64,000 nt of DNA from Octopus vulgaris. Its lineage: Eukaryota. Position 1 is the stretch's first letter, and every line of letters begins with the position of its first letter. The position numbers were made by a program, and so were the translations under genes. Below the pieces are notes generated by a model, which did not search any database, was not told where the DNA came from, and saw only the letters and a program-made list of their open reading frames with translations. Below are positions 37,746 to 48,574 of this stretch, piece after piece. Where the stretch lies: assembly GCA_951406725.2 (NCBI GenBank), contig OX597834.1:28458001-28522000 (forward strand), in the 5' to 3' direction.

Positions 37746-38240
37746 TTTTTTTTTTTTCTTGTTTCAGCTCAGAGCTGCGGCCATGCTGATGCACCGCCGT
37801 TTCTATCCAGCGTGGGCCGACCCGTAAGCTTACGGGTCTGATTTTTTAAACTCACGGGTCGGACCACGTCGCTGTATTTACCTGATGCATATCGCCACAG
37901 ACACCCAGCGACTGCCGGCATCGGTCACGGCTACGTTCACGTGTACATGGGCGACACCGTGAGCTTCAGTTCGTTCTTACGATATCAGGCACGGTAGCGC
38001 AGCGGAGGTGGGCGTCAAAAGGCGGGCGAAGGCGGGCAAATGCGGGCGTCAAGATGCGAGTGAACGCAGCGTCTGAAAGGCGGGCGGTGTGGCGGCGGAG
38101 ATTCAAGGACGCGCCAGCTGTGTAGAGTCGATCTTGCACCGGCAAACGGGGAGCTAACCGTTGGCAGAAAGGAGCGACAACGAGAACATCCCTTCCAGAC
38201 GGTCACCTATGCTGAACTTTCGTAGGTTTCAGGGTTCAGT
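37746..38240 (-). mobile_element. GC/CpG-rich retroposon 3' region with poly(A) and a SINE-A-like tail
   Basis: Minus strand ends GGCGGTGCATCAGCATGGCCGCAGCTCTGAGCTGAAACAAG-poly(A); 5' boundary approximate. Confidence 0.7.
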
Positions 38241-39102
38241 TTTGTCCCCAAAAATTTTCCTCTTACATATCATTACTTACAGTGATACCCCTCCAAAGTA
38301 GATGATACTATTTTCATCCCTGTCACCTTACACACACACACACACACACGCATGCACACACACACACACACACAAACAGACCATCCACATCCACCCTAGA
38401 CATCTACCTTTGCAATGGTTCTATGGACAGAGTTCTTCAAAAACATCCTCATAGTTTTGGGTGGGTGGGTGGGGGGGGGTCGTGCCAATCTTGTTTCTTT
38501 AAGCACCAGGAGTAAAAGCTCAATCATCATTGCTATCATCATCATTATGATCCTCCTCCTCCACATCATTATCCTCATCCTCATCATCTTTGTCATTGTT
38601 GTCATCATTGTTATCATTGTTATCATCATCATCACCATTCTCATTGTCGGTGTCATCACCATTACCATTTTTGTCATTGGTAATATCATTGTCAGCATCA
38701 TAGTCATCATCATTCTCCTCCTCTTCCTCACCATCATCCTTTTTCTTGTGAAATGAGAGTTTTATTTAGAGATGCCTCAGCAACCCAGTTTGGACAAGTT
38801 TCACTTCTATTGAGGGCAGTGGTTAACTATTATAAATTTATACTGGACAAGAAGACAATAAAATACACACACACACACACACAGACATACACACACAGAG
38901 GAGGGGGCAAGAAATATCAGCACATTTCATGTCATGGTTATTCAAAGTTTATTCTAATCCCAGATGAAAAAAAAAAAATAAAATAAAAAACAACAAAAAA
39001 AAACAGGAAAACCACAAGGGGATTTTGTGAATGTGCCACTATTGCTCCCCAATACGACCTGTGCAGGATATGAATGCCACTGCCCTTCCATAAGTATCAC
39101 TA

Positions 39103-39411
39103 CATAGCTTAGTAGTGAAAGTATTTGGCTCACAATAATAAGGTTGTGAGTTTGAATCCTGGCAATGAGTTGTGTCCATGAGTAAGACCCTTTATTTCCC
39201 ATTGTCCCAGTTCACTTAACCAGGAAAAATTTCTTATACCTATAATTCAAAGGGCTTTGTCACATTCTGTGTTACACTGAATATCCTTGTGAACTACATT
39301 AAGGGCACGTGTGTCTGTGGAGTACTCAGTCACTTGCACATTAATCTCAGGGGTTGTTCCATTGATCGGATCAACTGGAACATTCATCACTGGAACTAAC
39401 AGAGTGCCAGT
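39103..39411 (+). mobile_element. Old SINE family C (head type 2 with C1-type tail)
   Basis: Degenerate head and the TTAAGGG.ACGTGTGTCTGTGGAGTACTCAG...GATCAACTGGAAC tail. Confidence 0.65.
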
Positions 39412-39968
39412 ATACATGTTGGATGGACCGGAAGGAAGGAATTGGTTGGAACCATGGGATCATCATCATCATTTTAATAAGCCCCTTTCTATATGTGCCT
39501 TAGTTGGATGAAGTTTATTAAGGTACATTTTCTACAGCCAGGTGCCTTTCCTGTAACCAACCCTCACCTGTTTTCCAAACAAGGTAATATTTACCCATGG
39601 TCAGGCATGGTTCTGCAGGATATTGGAAATGAATGACACTGCTTGTGTGACAGTGACATAACTATCACACAATGTCAAGACAAGGAGACACACATACACA
39701 AACGATTCTCTCAGTTTCTGTCTACCAAATCCACTCAAAAGGTTTTGGCTGTGATGAGTAGAAGACACTTGCCCAAGGTGCCACTCAGTGGAACCGAACC
39801 CAAAACCATGTGGTGAGTTGCATCTCCTAGGAGAAATGATACTATTTTTTTTTGGTGACAAGAGCAGAAATTGAACCTATGTTGCACTGAGCAGGAATAG
39901 ATAAAGTATCTTCTTTGAGGCTCTTATAATTGTGATAAATTACTGTTCTGCACTGCTATTTCTTTTAA

Positions 39969-40188
39969 CCCTTTCGTTACCGTATATATTTTGAGATGCT
40001 CTGTGTTTCTTTCAATTACTTTAAATATAACAAAGAATTTAATAAAATAACTTAGCTATCATTCAGTTAGTGTTAGGAACATAAATTGTGACTAAGTTTT
40101 AGTGGAAGATTTTAATTCAAAACTAATGAAAACAAGACATTTGTACTCAGAGCCAGAGCCGGTTTCAGCCAGGTTGATAACGAAAGGG
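39969..40188. mobile_element. piggyBac-type MITE
   Basis: TTAA-CCCTTTCGTTAC ... ATAACGAAAGGG-TTAA. Confidence 0.85.
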
Positions 40189-40702
40189 TTAATTAACTTC
40201 CAAAAGGATGAAAAGCAAAAAGAATGAAAAGGCCTTGTGCTTCCAGGAGAAAGAATTATTATGATTATTAAACTCTGCCAAGGTCAATTTTGCCTTTTAT
40301 CCTTTCAGGATCGATTAAATAAGTACCAGTTACACACTTGGGTCAGCATAATCAACTTAACCTTCTCCCCCAAATTTCAGGCCTTGTGTTTATAGTAGAA
40401 AGAATTTTTATTATTATCATTAAATTCTGCCAAGGTCGACTTTGCCTTTCATCCTTTTAAGGTCAACATCATCATCATCCTTTAACATTTGCTTTCCCAG
40501 TAGGCATGGGTTGGATGGTTTGACCGAAAACTGGTAAGCTGGGGAACAGCACGAAGTTCCAATCTGATTTGGTATGGTTTCTATGGCTGGATGCCCTTTC
40601 TAATACTACTGGTTGACTACTGGGGTCAATGTAATCGACGCTCCTCCTCCCCCAAATTTCAGCCCTTGTACCTATAGTAGAAAGGATTATCATTATTATT
40701 AT

Positions 40703-41008
40703 TAATGGACCAATTCTGAGGTTTTGCCTGTAATTGAAAAAGGTATTATAAAAGGAGAAAGGGGCTCTCTACCCCCCTTTTGACCAGGCTCCTGTGGCTT
40801 TTATGGGTTTTTCCACGTGAGACCTTTTCTTTTTTCGAAGCGTCTCCTCTATTGGGAGTTTTTTCGTTGTTAAAATTTTTGATTGTTAAACTTCGTTTTA
40901 CTCGGTTTTTTTTCATAAACGGACAAAACCCTTTGTAACCTTTCGTCTTGTTTTGTCCCTTTATGTTTTCCAATCATATTTGTCAGCCCTTGTGGCCAAT
41001 AAAAAGAA
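40703..41008 (+). mobile_element. Probable LINE 3' end whose tail matches SINE B1
   Basis: Ends TCTTGTTTTGTCCCTTTATGTTT...AGCCCTTGTGGCCAATAAAAAGAA. Confidence 0.55.
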
Positions 41009-41329
41009 TTAATTATTATTATTATTATTATTATTATTATCATTATTATAATCATTATTATTATCATCATTATTATCATCATTATTATTACTATCATTAT
41101 TATTATTATTAAAGCAGTGGCTAGCAGAATCACTAGCATGCTAGACAAATGTTTAGCAGAATTTCATTTGTCTTAACGTTCTGAGTTCAAATTCCGCAGA
41201 GGTTGACTTTGCCTTTCATCCTTCCAGGCTCAATAGAATAAGAACTAGGAAAGCACTGGGGTAGGTGTTATTGACTTTATGCCTCCCCCCGAAATTACTG
41301 GTCTTGTGCCAAAATTTGTTATTATTATG

Positions 41330-41361
<32 letters not shown>

Positions 41362-41579
41362 GGTGGCAAGCTAGCAGAATCATTAATGTGTCAGACAAAT
41401 GCTTAGCAGTTTTCCTTCTGGCTTTACATTCTGAGTTCAAATGCTGCTAAGGTCAACTTTGCCTTTCATCCTTTTAGGCTTGTTAAAATAGGTACCAGTT
41501 GAGCACTGAGGCTGATGTAATAAACTAGCCACTTCTCGCCAAATTTCAGGCCTTGTACCTATAGTGGAAAGGATCACTA

Positions 41580-41657
41580 TTGTTGTTGTTGTTGTTATTA
41601 TTATTAGTATCATTATTATTATTATTATTAGTATCATTATTATTATTATTATTAGTA

Positions 41658-41690
<33 letters not shown>

Positions 41691-42555
41691 GTATCATTAT
41701 TATTATTATTATTAGTATCATTATTATTATTATTATTAGTATCATTATTATTATTATTAGTATCATTATTATTATTATTATTAGTATCATTATTATTATT
41801 ATTATTAGTATCATTATTATTATTATTATTAGTATCATTATTATTATTATTAGTATCATTATTATTATTATTATTAGTATCATTATTATTATTATTATTA
41901 CTATCATTATTATTATTATTAGTATCATTAGTATTATTATTATTAGTATCATTATTATTATTATTATTATTATTATTAGTATCATTATTATTATTATTAT
42001 TAGTATCATTATTATTATTATTATTAGTATCATTATTATTATTATTATTATTATTAGTATCATTATTATTATTATTATTATTAGTATCATTATTATATTA
42101 TTATTAGTATCATTATTATTATTATTATTAGTATCATTATTATTATTATTATTAGTATCATTATTATTATTATTAGTATCATTATTATTATTATTATTAG
42201 TATCATTATTATTATTATTATTAGTATCATTATTATTATTATTATTAGTATCATTATTATTATTATTATTAGTATCATTATTATTATTATTATTAGTATC
42301 ATTATTATTATTATTATTATTAGTATCATTATTATTATTATTATTATTAGTATCTTTATTATTATTATTATTAATAGTATCATTATTATTATTATTATTA
42401 ATAGTATCATTATTATTATTATTATTAATAGTATCATTATTATTATTATTATTATTAATAGTATCATTATTATTATTAATAGTATCATTATTATTATTAT
42501 TATTAATAGTATCATTATTATTATTAATAGTATCATTATTATTATTATTATTATT
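41580..42555. repeat. ~1-kb (ATT)n-AGTATC compound satellite
   Basis: Units of (ATT)4-8 + AGTATC, with an AATAGTATC variant at the 3' end. Confidence 0.95.
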
Positions 42556-43154
42556 AAGGTGGCGAGCTGGCAGAATCATTAGCATGCTGGATGAAATGCT
42601 TAGTGGTATTTCGTCTGTCAATAGGTTGTGAGTTCAAATTCCCCCATGGTTGACTTTGTCTTTCATCTTTTTGGAGTCAATAAATTAAGTACCATTGAAA
42701 CACTGGGGGGGGGGGGGTCGATGTAATTGACCAATCCCCTCCTGCCTTTAGTAGAAAGGATTATTAAGATAATTATTATTATTATCATTATTATTATTAA
42801 TTAAAGTTCTGAGTTCAAATTCTGCTGAGGTCAACTTTGCCTTTCATCCTTTTGGGGGTTGCTAAATTAAGTACCACTGGGGTTGATGTAATCGACTAGT
42901 CCCCTCCACAAAATTTTCAGGCCTTGTGCCTTTAGTAGAAAGGATTATTATTATTAATAAGTGGCACGCTGGCAGAATTGTTAGCATGTTGGGCAAAATG
43001 CTTAGTAGCATTTCGTCTGTCTTCACATTCTGGGTTCGAATTCTGTCAAGGTCAAATTTGCCTTTCATTCTTTCAAGGTCAGTTAAATAAATACTGGTTG
43101 AACACTGAGGTCAATGTAATAAACCCATCCCACTTCCTCAAAGAATTCTTATTA

Positions 43155-43722
43155 TTGGGTTGTCCGGAAAGTTTGTGCCAATTTTTAAAGGAAAGAAAAA
43201 GGTCAATAAATACTTGCCATTACATTTTTAATCAACCGAATATGAACCATTTTGTTGCACAATGCGTCTCCATCCTTCCTTTAACTTGAAAATACCCTCT
43301 TCCCAGAATTGAGGTGGTTTCATGGCAAAGAATTCATCAAGGTATATTTTTACGTCATCCAAGGAATTGAAATTTTTACCATTAAGACTATTCTGCAGAG
43401 ACCTGAATAAGTGGGAATCCGAAGGAGCAATATCTGGTGAATATGGAGGGTGGGGTAACACATCGCAGCCAAGCTGCAGCAATTTTTGTCTGGTTCCCAA
43501 AGCATCAAGTGCCAAAAATGAACTTTCTTATCTTCCATTTTGAAGGGTTACAGAATTAACACAGCTTATAGGAACATAAAAGCCTTCTTCCATGAAAAGA
43601 TAGCTTAAACTGTGCTCTAAATGGAGGTGTAGTCAAATCCTATTTTATGGACTCAACCATGTTCTAAAATAAGTCAAAAGGTAAGCTACTATAAAGCAGC
43701 ATGAACTTTCCGGAGAACCCAA
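43155..43722 (-). mobile_element. Internally deleted mariner transposon (transposase pseudogene)
   Basis: TIRs TTGGGTTGTCCGGAAAGTT / AACTTTCCGGAGAACCCAA with TA flanks; N-terminus MEDKKVHFWHLMLW joined out of frame to the C-terminus carrying HPPYSPDIAPSD. Confidence 0.95.
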
Positions 43723-43734
43723 TATTATTAATAA

Positions 43735-44132
43735 CTAGCAGTATCACCCGGCATTGCTCGGGTTTGTAAGGGAAATAACTATATAAGCATTTTTAGAGAG
43801 TTATAGCAAAAAAATAGCAAAAAAATGCATTAAAAATGGAATAAAAAATGATGGTAATTTTTTTTTTAAATCGTTGACTCATCGTAGACATTTTTAGAGA
43901 GTTACTTCCCTTATATAATAACGAAAAAATGCATTAAAATGGAAAAAATGATGGTAAATTTTTTTTTAAATCGTAGACTCATCGTAGACGCGCGCTAATA
44001 CCCAGAAGGGCTCGATATGAATCACAACTATAGGATACCCGGTTTTGGTTAAACTGCACCGCAAAATGTGGGAGTAGTTAGGAATCTAAATCGTAGGAGA
44101 CAGACACACAACCTCTCTTTTATATATAAAGA
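43735..44132 (-). mobile_element. Non-autonomous Helitron
   Basis: Minus strand starts TCTTTATATATAAAAG and ends with hairpin CCCGAGCAATGCCGGG then CTAG; inserted between A and T with no TSD; internal ~110-bp duplication. Confidence 0.88.
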
Positions 44133-44412
44133 TTTCTGTTTCCGCATTCTATCTATCAATAAATAGTAGAAACTGTAGATCTACACCAAATATCTTACAG
44201 CATTCTGCCTCTCAGTGTATGGAATAAACTATAAGGTTATGCTAAATATCTTATGGCATTGTGTCTCTCAGTAAATGGCAGAAACTGTAAAGAGCTACAC
44301 TGAATACTTTACACCATTCTGTTACATCCTTTTTATGTGCTCAGATCAATTTTTCATTCATTCCTTTATGGTTGCCCATAAATTTTCCTCTTCACCACTC
44401 TTTCATCTAAAT

Positions 44413-44655
44413 CAGTGTTTCTCAATTATTTTTCACCCATGGACTCCTTTGATTCTTGTTTTACTCTACTGGACCCTCTTAGCTGTTTCATGTTAAAAAA
44501 AAAAAAATCCCATTATATTTTTTATAATTAAATATTATTAGGAATTGTATAAAAATAATTATCAAAATATTTTGTGTATTGCAAAAGTATAACCAATTTA
44601 TTGCAGATAAATTTTAACAACAAAATCTTATATGGACCCCAGTTGAGAACCACGG
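44413..44655. mobile_element. hAT-type MITE
   Basis: CAGTGTTTCTCAA ... TTGAGAACCACGG; imperfect 8-bp TSD ATCTAAAT/ATCTAATG; partial second copy from about 36955. Confidence 0.65.
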
Positions 44656-45512
44656 ATCTAATGCATCTAATCCTTATCTCCGGATATATTCTTCCTGAGC
44701 CACATCAACCTCTCATGTTACCCACTTTCCATATTGATATTTCCCCATCAACTGTATGTCCACTACCCCCATCTTTAACCATCTGCTATTTCCCCCCCAC
44801 CACACACACATTTATGAGAGCACCCACTTTCCTCTCTCTGGACCCACTGTCTATATCCCCTCTCAAGCTAACCTTCCTGTACATTGAGAGCATTTACTCT
44901 AGCACTCCGTCACTATCATCATTATCTCTTTCCCAACTACTCCTACACTCTCTTATATAATGAGTGGTAGGCATGTATCACCTCTATATCAATGACACTT
45001 GTGTTTGGCCCTCTATCATACTTTAGCTTCATCATCACTTAGCATAAAACCACCTCCTACCATCAAATACTCCCCTCCCCCACTTATTGGTGGGAGAATT
45101 TTCCTTTCCCTTTCTCTCTGTTCTTTTTCTGTCTTGCAAAATGCTTGGCAACCTCACTGATGCTGGTGCCATGAAAAAAAAGTACCCAGTACACACAGTA
45201 AAGTGGTTAGCATTAGGAAGGGCATCCAACCATAGAAAACATGCCAAAGCTGTCACTGGAGCTTGGCACAGCTCTGTGGTTCATGCCAAACTGTCTAACC
45301 CATACTAGCATGGAAAACAGATGTTAAATGACGATGATGATGATGATAATGATGGCATATTTAGATACCTAGTTAGATTCCACCCAGTATTGGCCTAGCA
45401 CCACCTGGAAAAGACAATCATGTTTCTCATTCCAGTCATATTTTGGGCACCAAAGCTCATTGAAGTAATGAGTTATTGGTTGCAGAAATATGTCGAGGTG
45501 TATGTGAAAGAC

Positions 45513-45845
45513 CATGGCTGAGTGGTTAGAGCGTTGGGCTCACAATCATGAGGTAGTGAGTTCAATTCCTGGACCAAGCTGTGTGTTGTGTTCTTGAGCA
45601 AGACACTTTATTTCATGTTGCTCCAGTTCACTCATCTGTAGAAATGAGTTGCGACAGCACAGGTGCCAAGATCTACTGTCCTTTGCCTTTCTCCTGGATA
45701 ACATTGGTGGCATGGAGAGGGGAGGCTGGTAAGCATGGGTGACTGCCGATCTTCTATAAACAACATTGCCCAAACTTGTGCTTTGGAGGGTAACTTTCTA
45801 GGTGCAATACCATGGTCATTCATGACCAAAAGGGGTCTTTACCTC
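45513..45845 (+). mobile_element. SINE family C (head type 2 with a distinct tail)
   Basis: TGGCTGAGTGGTTAGAGC...GAGTTCAATTCC...GTTCTTGAGCAAGACACTTTATTTC. Confidence 0.75.
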
Positions 45846-46180
45846 TTAACTCTATGTTGCTTATCAAGAAGTTGTAGGAAGAATTTGTCCTGGAACCATT
45901 TGAATGTTATGGGCTCTTTTTTCTTTCCTTATGCATCTTTGCATGATGATAAAAAGAAATGAGCCAGCAGAGGTAAAATAGTTCTGTCTTAGTGTTGTGA
46001 TGTGATGTGACGTAAGTATGTCTTATGTAGAGGAGAACTGGCATGAGGACCAAGCTATGGGTGAATTTTAAAATTGACATGAACAATATTTGAGCATTGT
46101 TCAATAATATTTTCCACATCGTATAAATAATACAATGTTCAATGTAGTGTTGGAGGCAATAGAGTTTGAGATTCCTGAGC

Positions 46181-46365
46181 GATGATCTGGAACCCAACCT
46201 AGGCCTCCATATCTACGGTGTTCGCTGCTGGAATAAGGAGTGGTTGGAGATCACGCGGTCGTTAGCCTCAAATCGCCAGGCCTGGTCGGCATTTGTGAGA
46301 GATGCAGCATTGAGGATGAAGGAAGCCAGCTCAACCCACCCCGAGTGAATGCTGTCTCAAGACAA
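46181..46365 (+). mobile_element. 5'-truncated RTE LINE with exact TSD
   Basis: DDLEPNLGLHIYGVRCWNKEWLEITRSLASNRQAWSAFVRD...*; 13-bp TSD GAGATTCCTGAGC at 46168-46180 and 46366-46378. Confidence 0.85.
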
Positions 46366-46976
46366 GAGATTCCTGAGCTGATCCCAGAAATCAAAACCTG
46401 TCATGTCACCAATTTTTATTTTTTTAGACTGGTCTCTATTTACACCCCCCACACACACACGGTGTAGGTAGGTAGGGTAAATCCCAGCTATTTCCTCTTG
46501 AAGTAGATCTGCTTATTCCATTATTCCAATCCAAAATGTGGTCCCACTTTCTGTTATATGTTAGTTCAAGATACATATCAAAATTGAGAATTATAGAAAT
46601 ATTATTTGCAGACTTATTGTATATTATTTATACATGCACACACAGACAGACAGACAGACACATATATATATAGCACCCTTATGTCTATCCATATATATTA
46701 TTAACTATAAATCCAGGTAACAAATACATTAGATTACCTTGAAACTATAGCCTAATCTGAGAAAGAAGTTAATCCATTATAATTTGTGGATTAGTGGAAG
46801 CAATTGTGAGTATTAGACGAAGATTTGGGCAAGGTAGCAAAAGGTTTAGTGAGAGAGACGAAAAACCCTTACCTGAAAAACCATGTGAAAAACTACCAAC
46901 TGTCATTTGAACTATTTAGTAAAAACCGAACTGAAGTTTGAAAGAGAGCTGCAAATATTAGGGAGTGTTAACTTAC

Positions 46977-47061
46977 CTGGTGTAGTCCATACTCCCTTCG
47001 ATAATCCCGGAGTAGCATCGTAAACCGACCGTGATTTGAAAGATCTCAGTTTCTTCAACAT
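46977..47061 (-). CDS. Candidate first coding exon of an unidentified gene (MLKKLRSFKSRSVYDATPGLSKGVWTTP, phase 1)
   Basis: CpG-containing island with no recognised repeat; AAA-ATG context; consensus donor CAG|GTAAGT; possible acceptor TTCTTGTAG| before 47109; no recognised homology. Confidence 0.4.
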
Positions 47062-47384
47062 TTGGAATAATTTTTATCTTTCGCTTTTTACATCCAGATA
47101 TGAGTTATTCTACAAGAATTTTGTGGTATATACACAACTTTAAGTGTGTGTTTGTGTGTATGTGTGCGAACTTGCTGTATGCTTGTATGTGTGTGTATTT
47201 AGGTATTTCTGTCTGTATGTATATGTGTGCGTGTGTATGTCTGTATGTGTATGTGTGTGTGTGTAGATGCTGTTATTTATACGTGGGTACAAGTGTGTAT
47301 GCATATATACCTGTGAGTTTGCACCTAAAGATTTTCATGTATGTATATTTTAAGTGTTTTCATGTGTGTGTGTTTAAAAATGAA

Positions 47385-47415
<31 letters not shown>

Positions 47416-48075
47416 ATGAATATATAATGAGAAGCAGAACAGAATAGCAATATAGCAGTATTAAAAGATTATGTGTGTGAGTGTGTGTGTGTGAGAGAGA
47501 AAGAGAGAGAGAGAGTACCTACATGTGTGTGTGTGAGGGGGAGAGAGACAGAGAGAGATAGAGTGTGTGTTTGTATGTATACCAGTTTATGTATGGATTA
47601 GCATGTATAATGTGTGTATTTATGTGTATATCTAAGTTTGTGTATTTTGCGGATGTGAAATTACTGCATTAAGGCATGCATGCGGGAATGTATATGAGTC
47701 CAGATATGTATAAGTAAGCATGTGTGTTAGTGTGTGTGTATCACAGTGGATGGGTAATTCCTTCTATGTGGAATGTAAATATGCATAAGTCTGTATATGT
47801 GTATCTGTGTGTCTGTGAGTGTGTGTGCATGTAAGTGGTATGATGCACATTACATATGTATGTGCGTGTGATTATATATATGTCTTCATGTATGTGTTAG
47901 TGTATGTGTATGAGAATGTAAGAATGAGTGCATGTATGTATGTATATGTGTGGGTATATGTATATATATGTGTGTGTGTGTGTGTGTATTTGGTTTCCTT
48001 TTATTAAGAAAAGTTTTTCATTTTTCCATTGCTTTTATTTGCACGACAAATGGATAGAGGTATTTGTCTGTGACA

Positions 48076-48117
<42 letters not shown>

Positions 48118-48317
48118 GTGTGTGCGTGTGTGTGTGCCTTGACGGCAGCATGCATATAGTTGTGTATAAAGCAATGTGTCTGTTTTTGTGATGGTATGTG
48201 TGTAGGTAGATAGACAGAAAGACAGATAGATAGATAGACAGATAGATAAATAGATAGATAAATAGACAGACTGACAGACAAATGAATAGACAAGCAGATA
48301 GACAGACAGACAAACAG

Positions 48318-48416
<99 letters not shown>

Positions 48417-48528
48417 GCGAGAGAGAGATAGGCAGATAGATAGACAGAGAGACAGATAGATAGATAGAGAGAGATAGATAGAGAAACAGATAGATAGATA
48501 GATAGATAGACAGGCAGATTATACAGAC

Positions 48529-48574
<46 letters not shown>

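Larger units (their letters stand above)
40270..43140 (+). mobile_element. Cluster of about 7 co-oriented SINE B2 copies or fragments separated by (ATT)n
   Basis: Copies at about 40270-40420, 40425-40702 (split by a D element), 41111-41318, 41360-41577, 42556-42765, 42805-42950, 42958-43140. Confidence 0.85.

Noticed and set aside
37800-38240. CpG-island promoter or bacterial contamination
   Set aside because: Ends in a retroposon tail plus poly(A) that recurs at 9878-9902; better explained as a young insertion
41437-42631. 394-aa and 355-aa poly-Asn/Ile ORFs
   Set aside because: Products of the (ATT)n-AGTATC satellite
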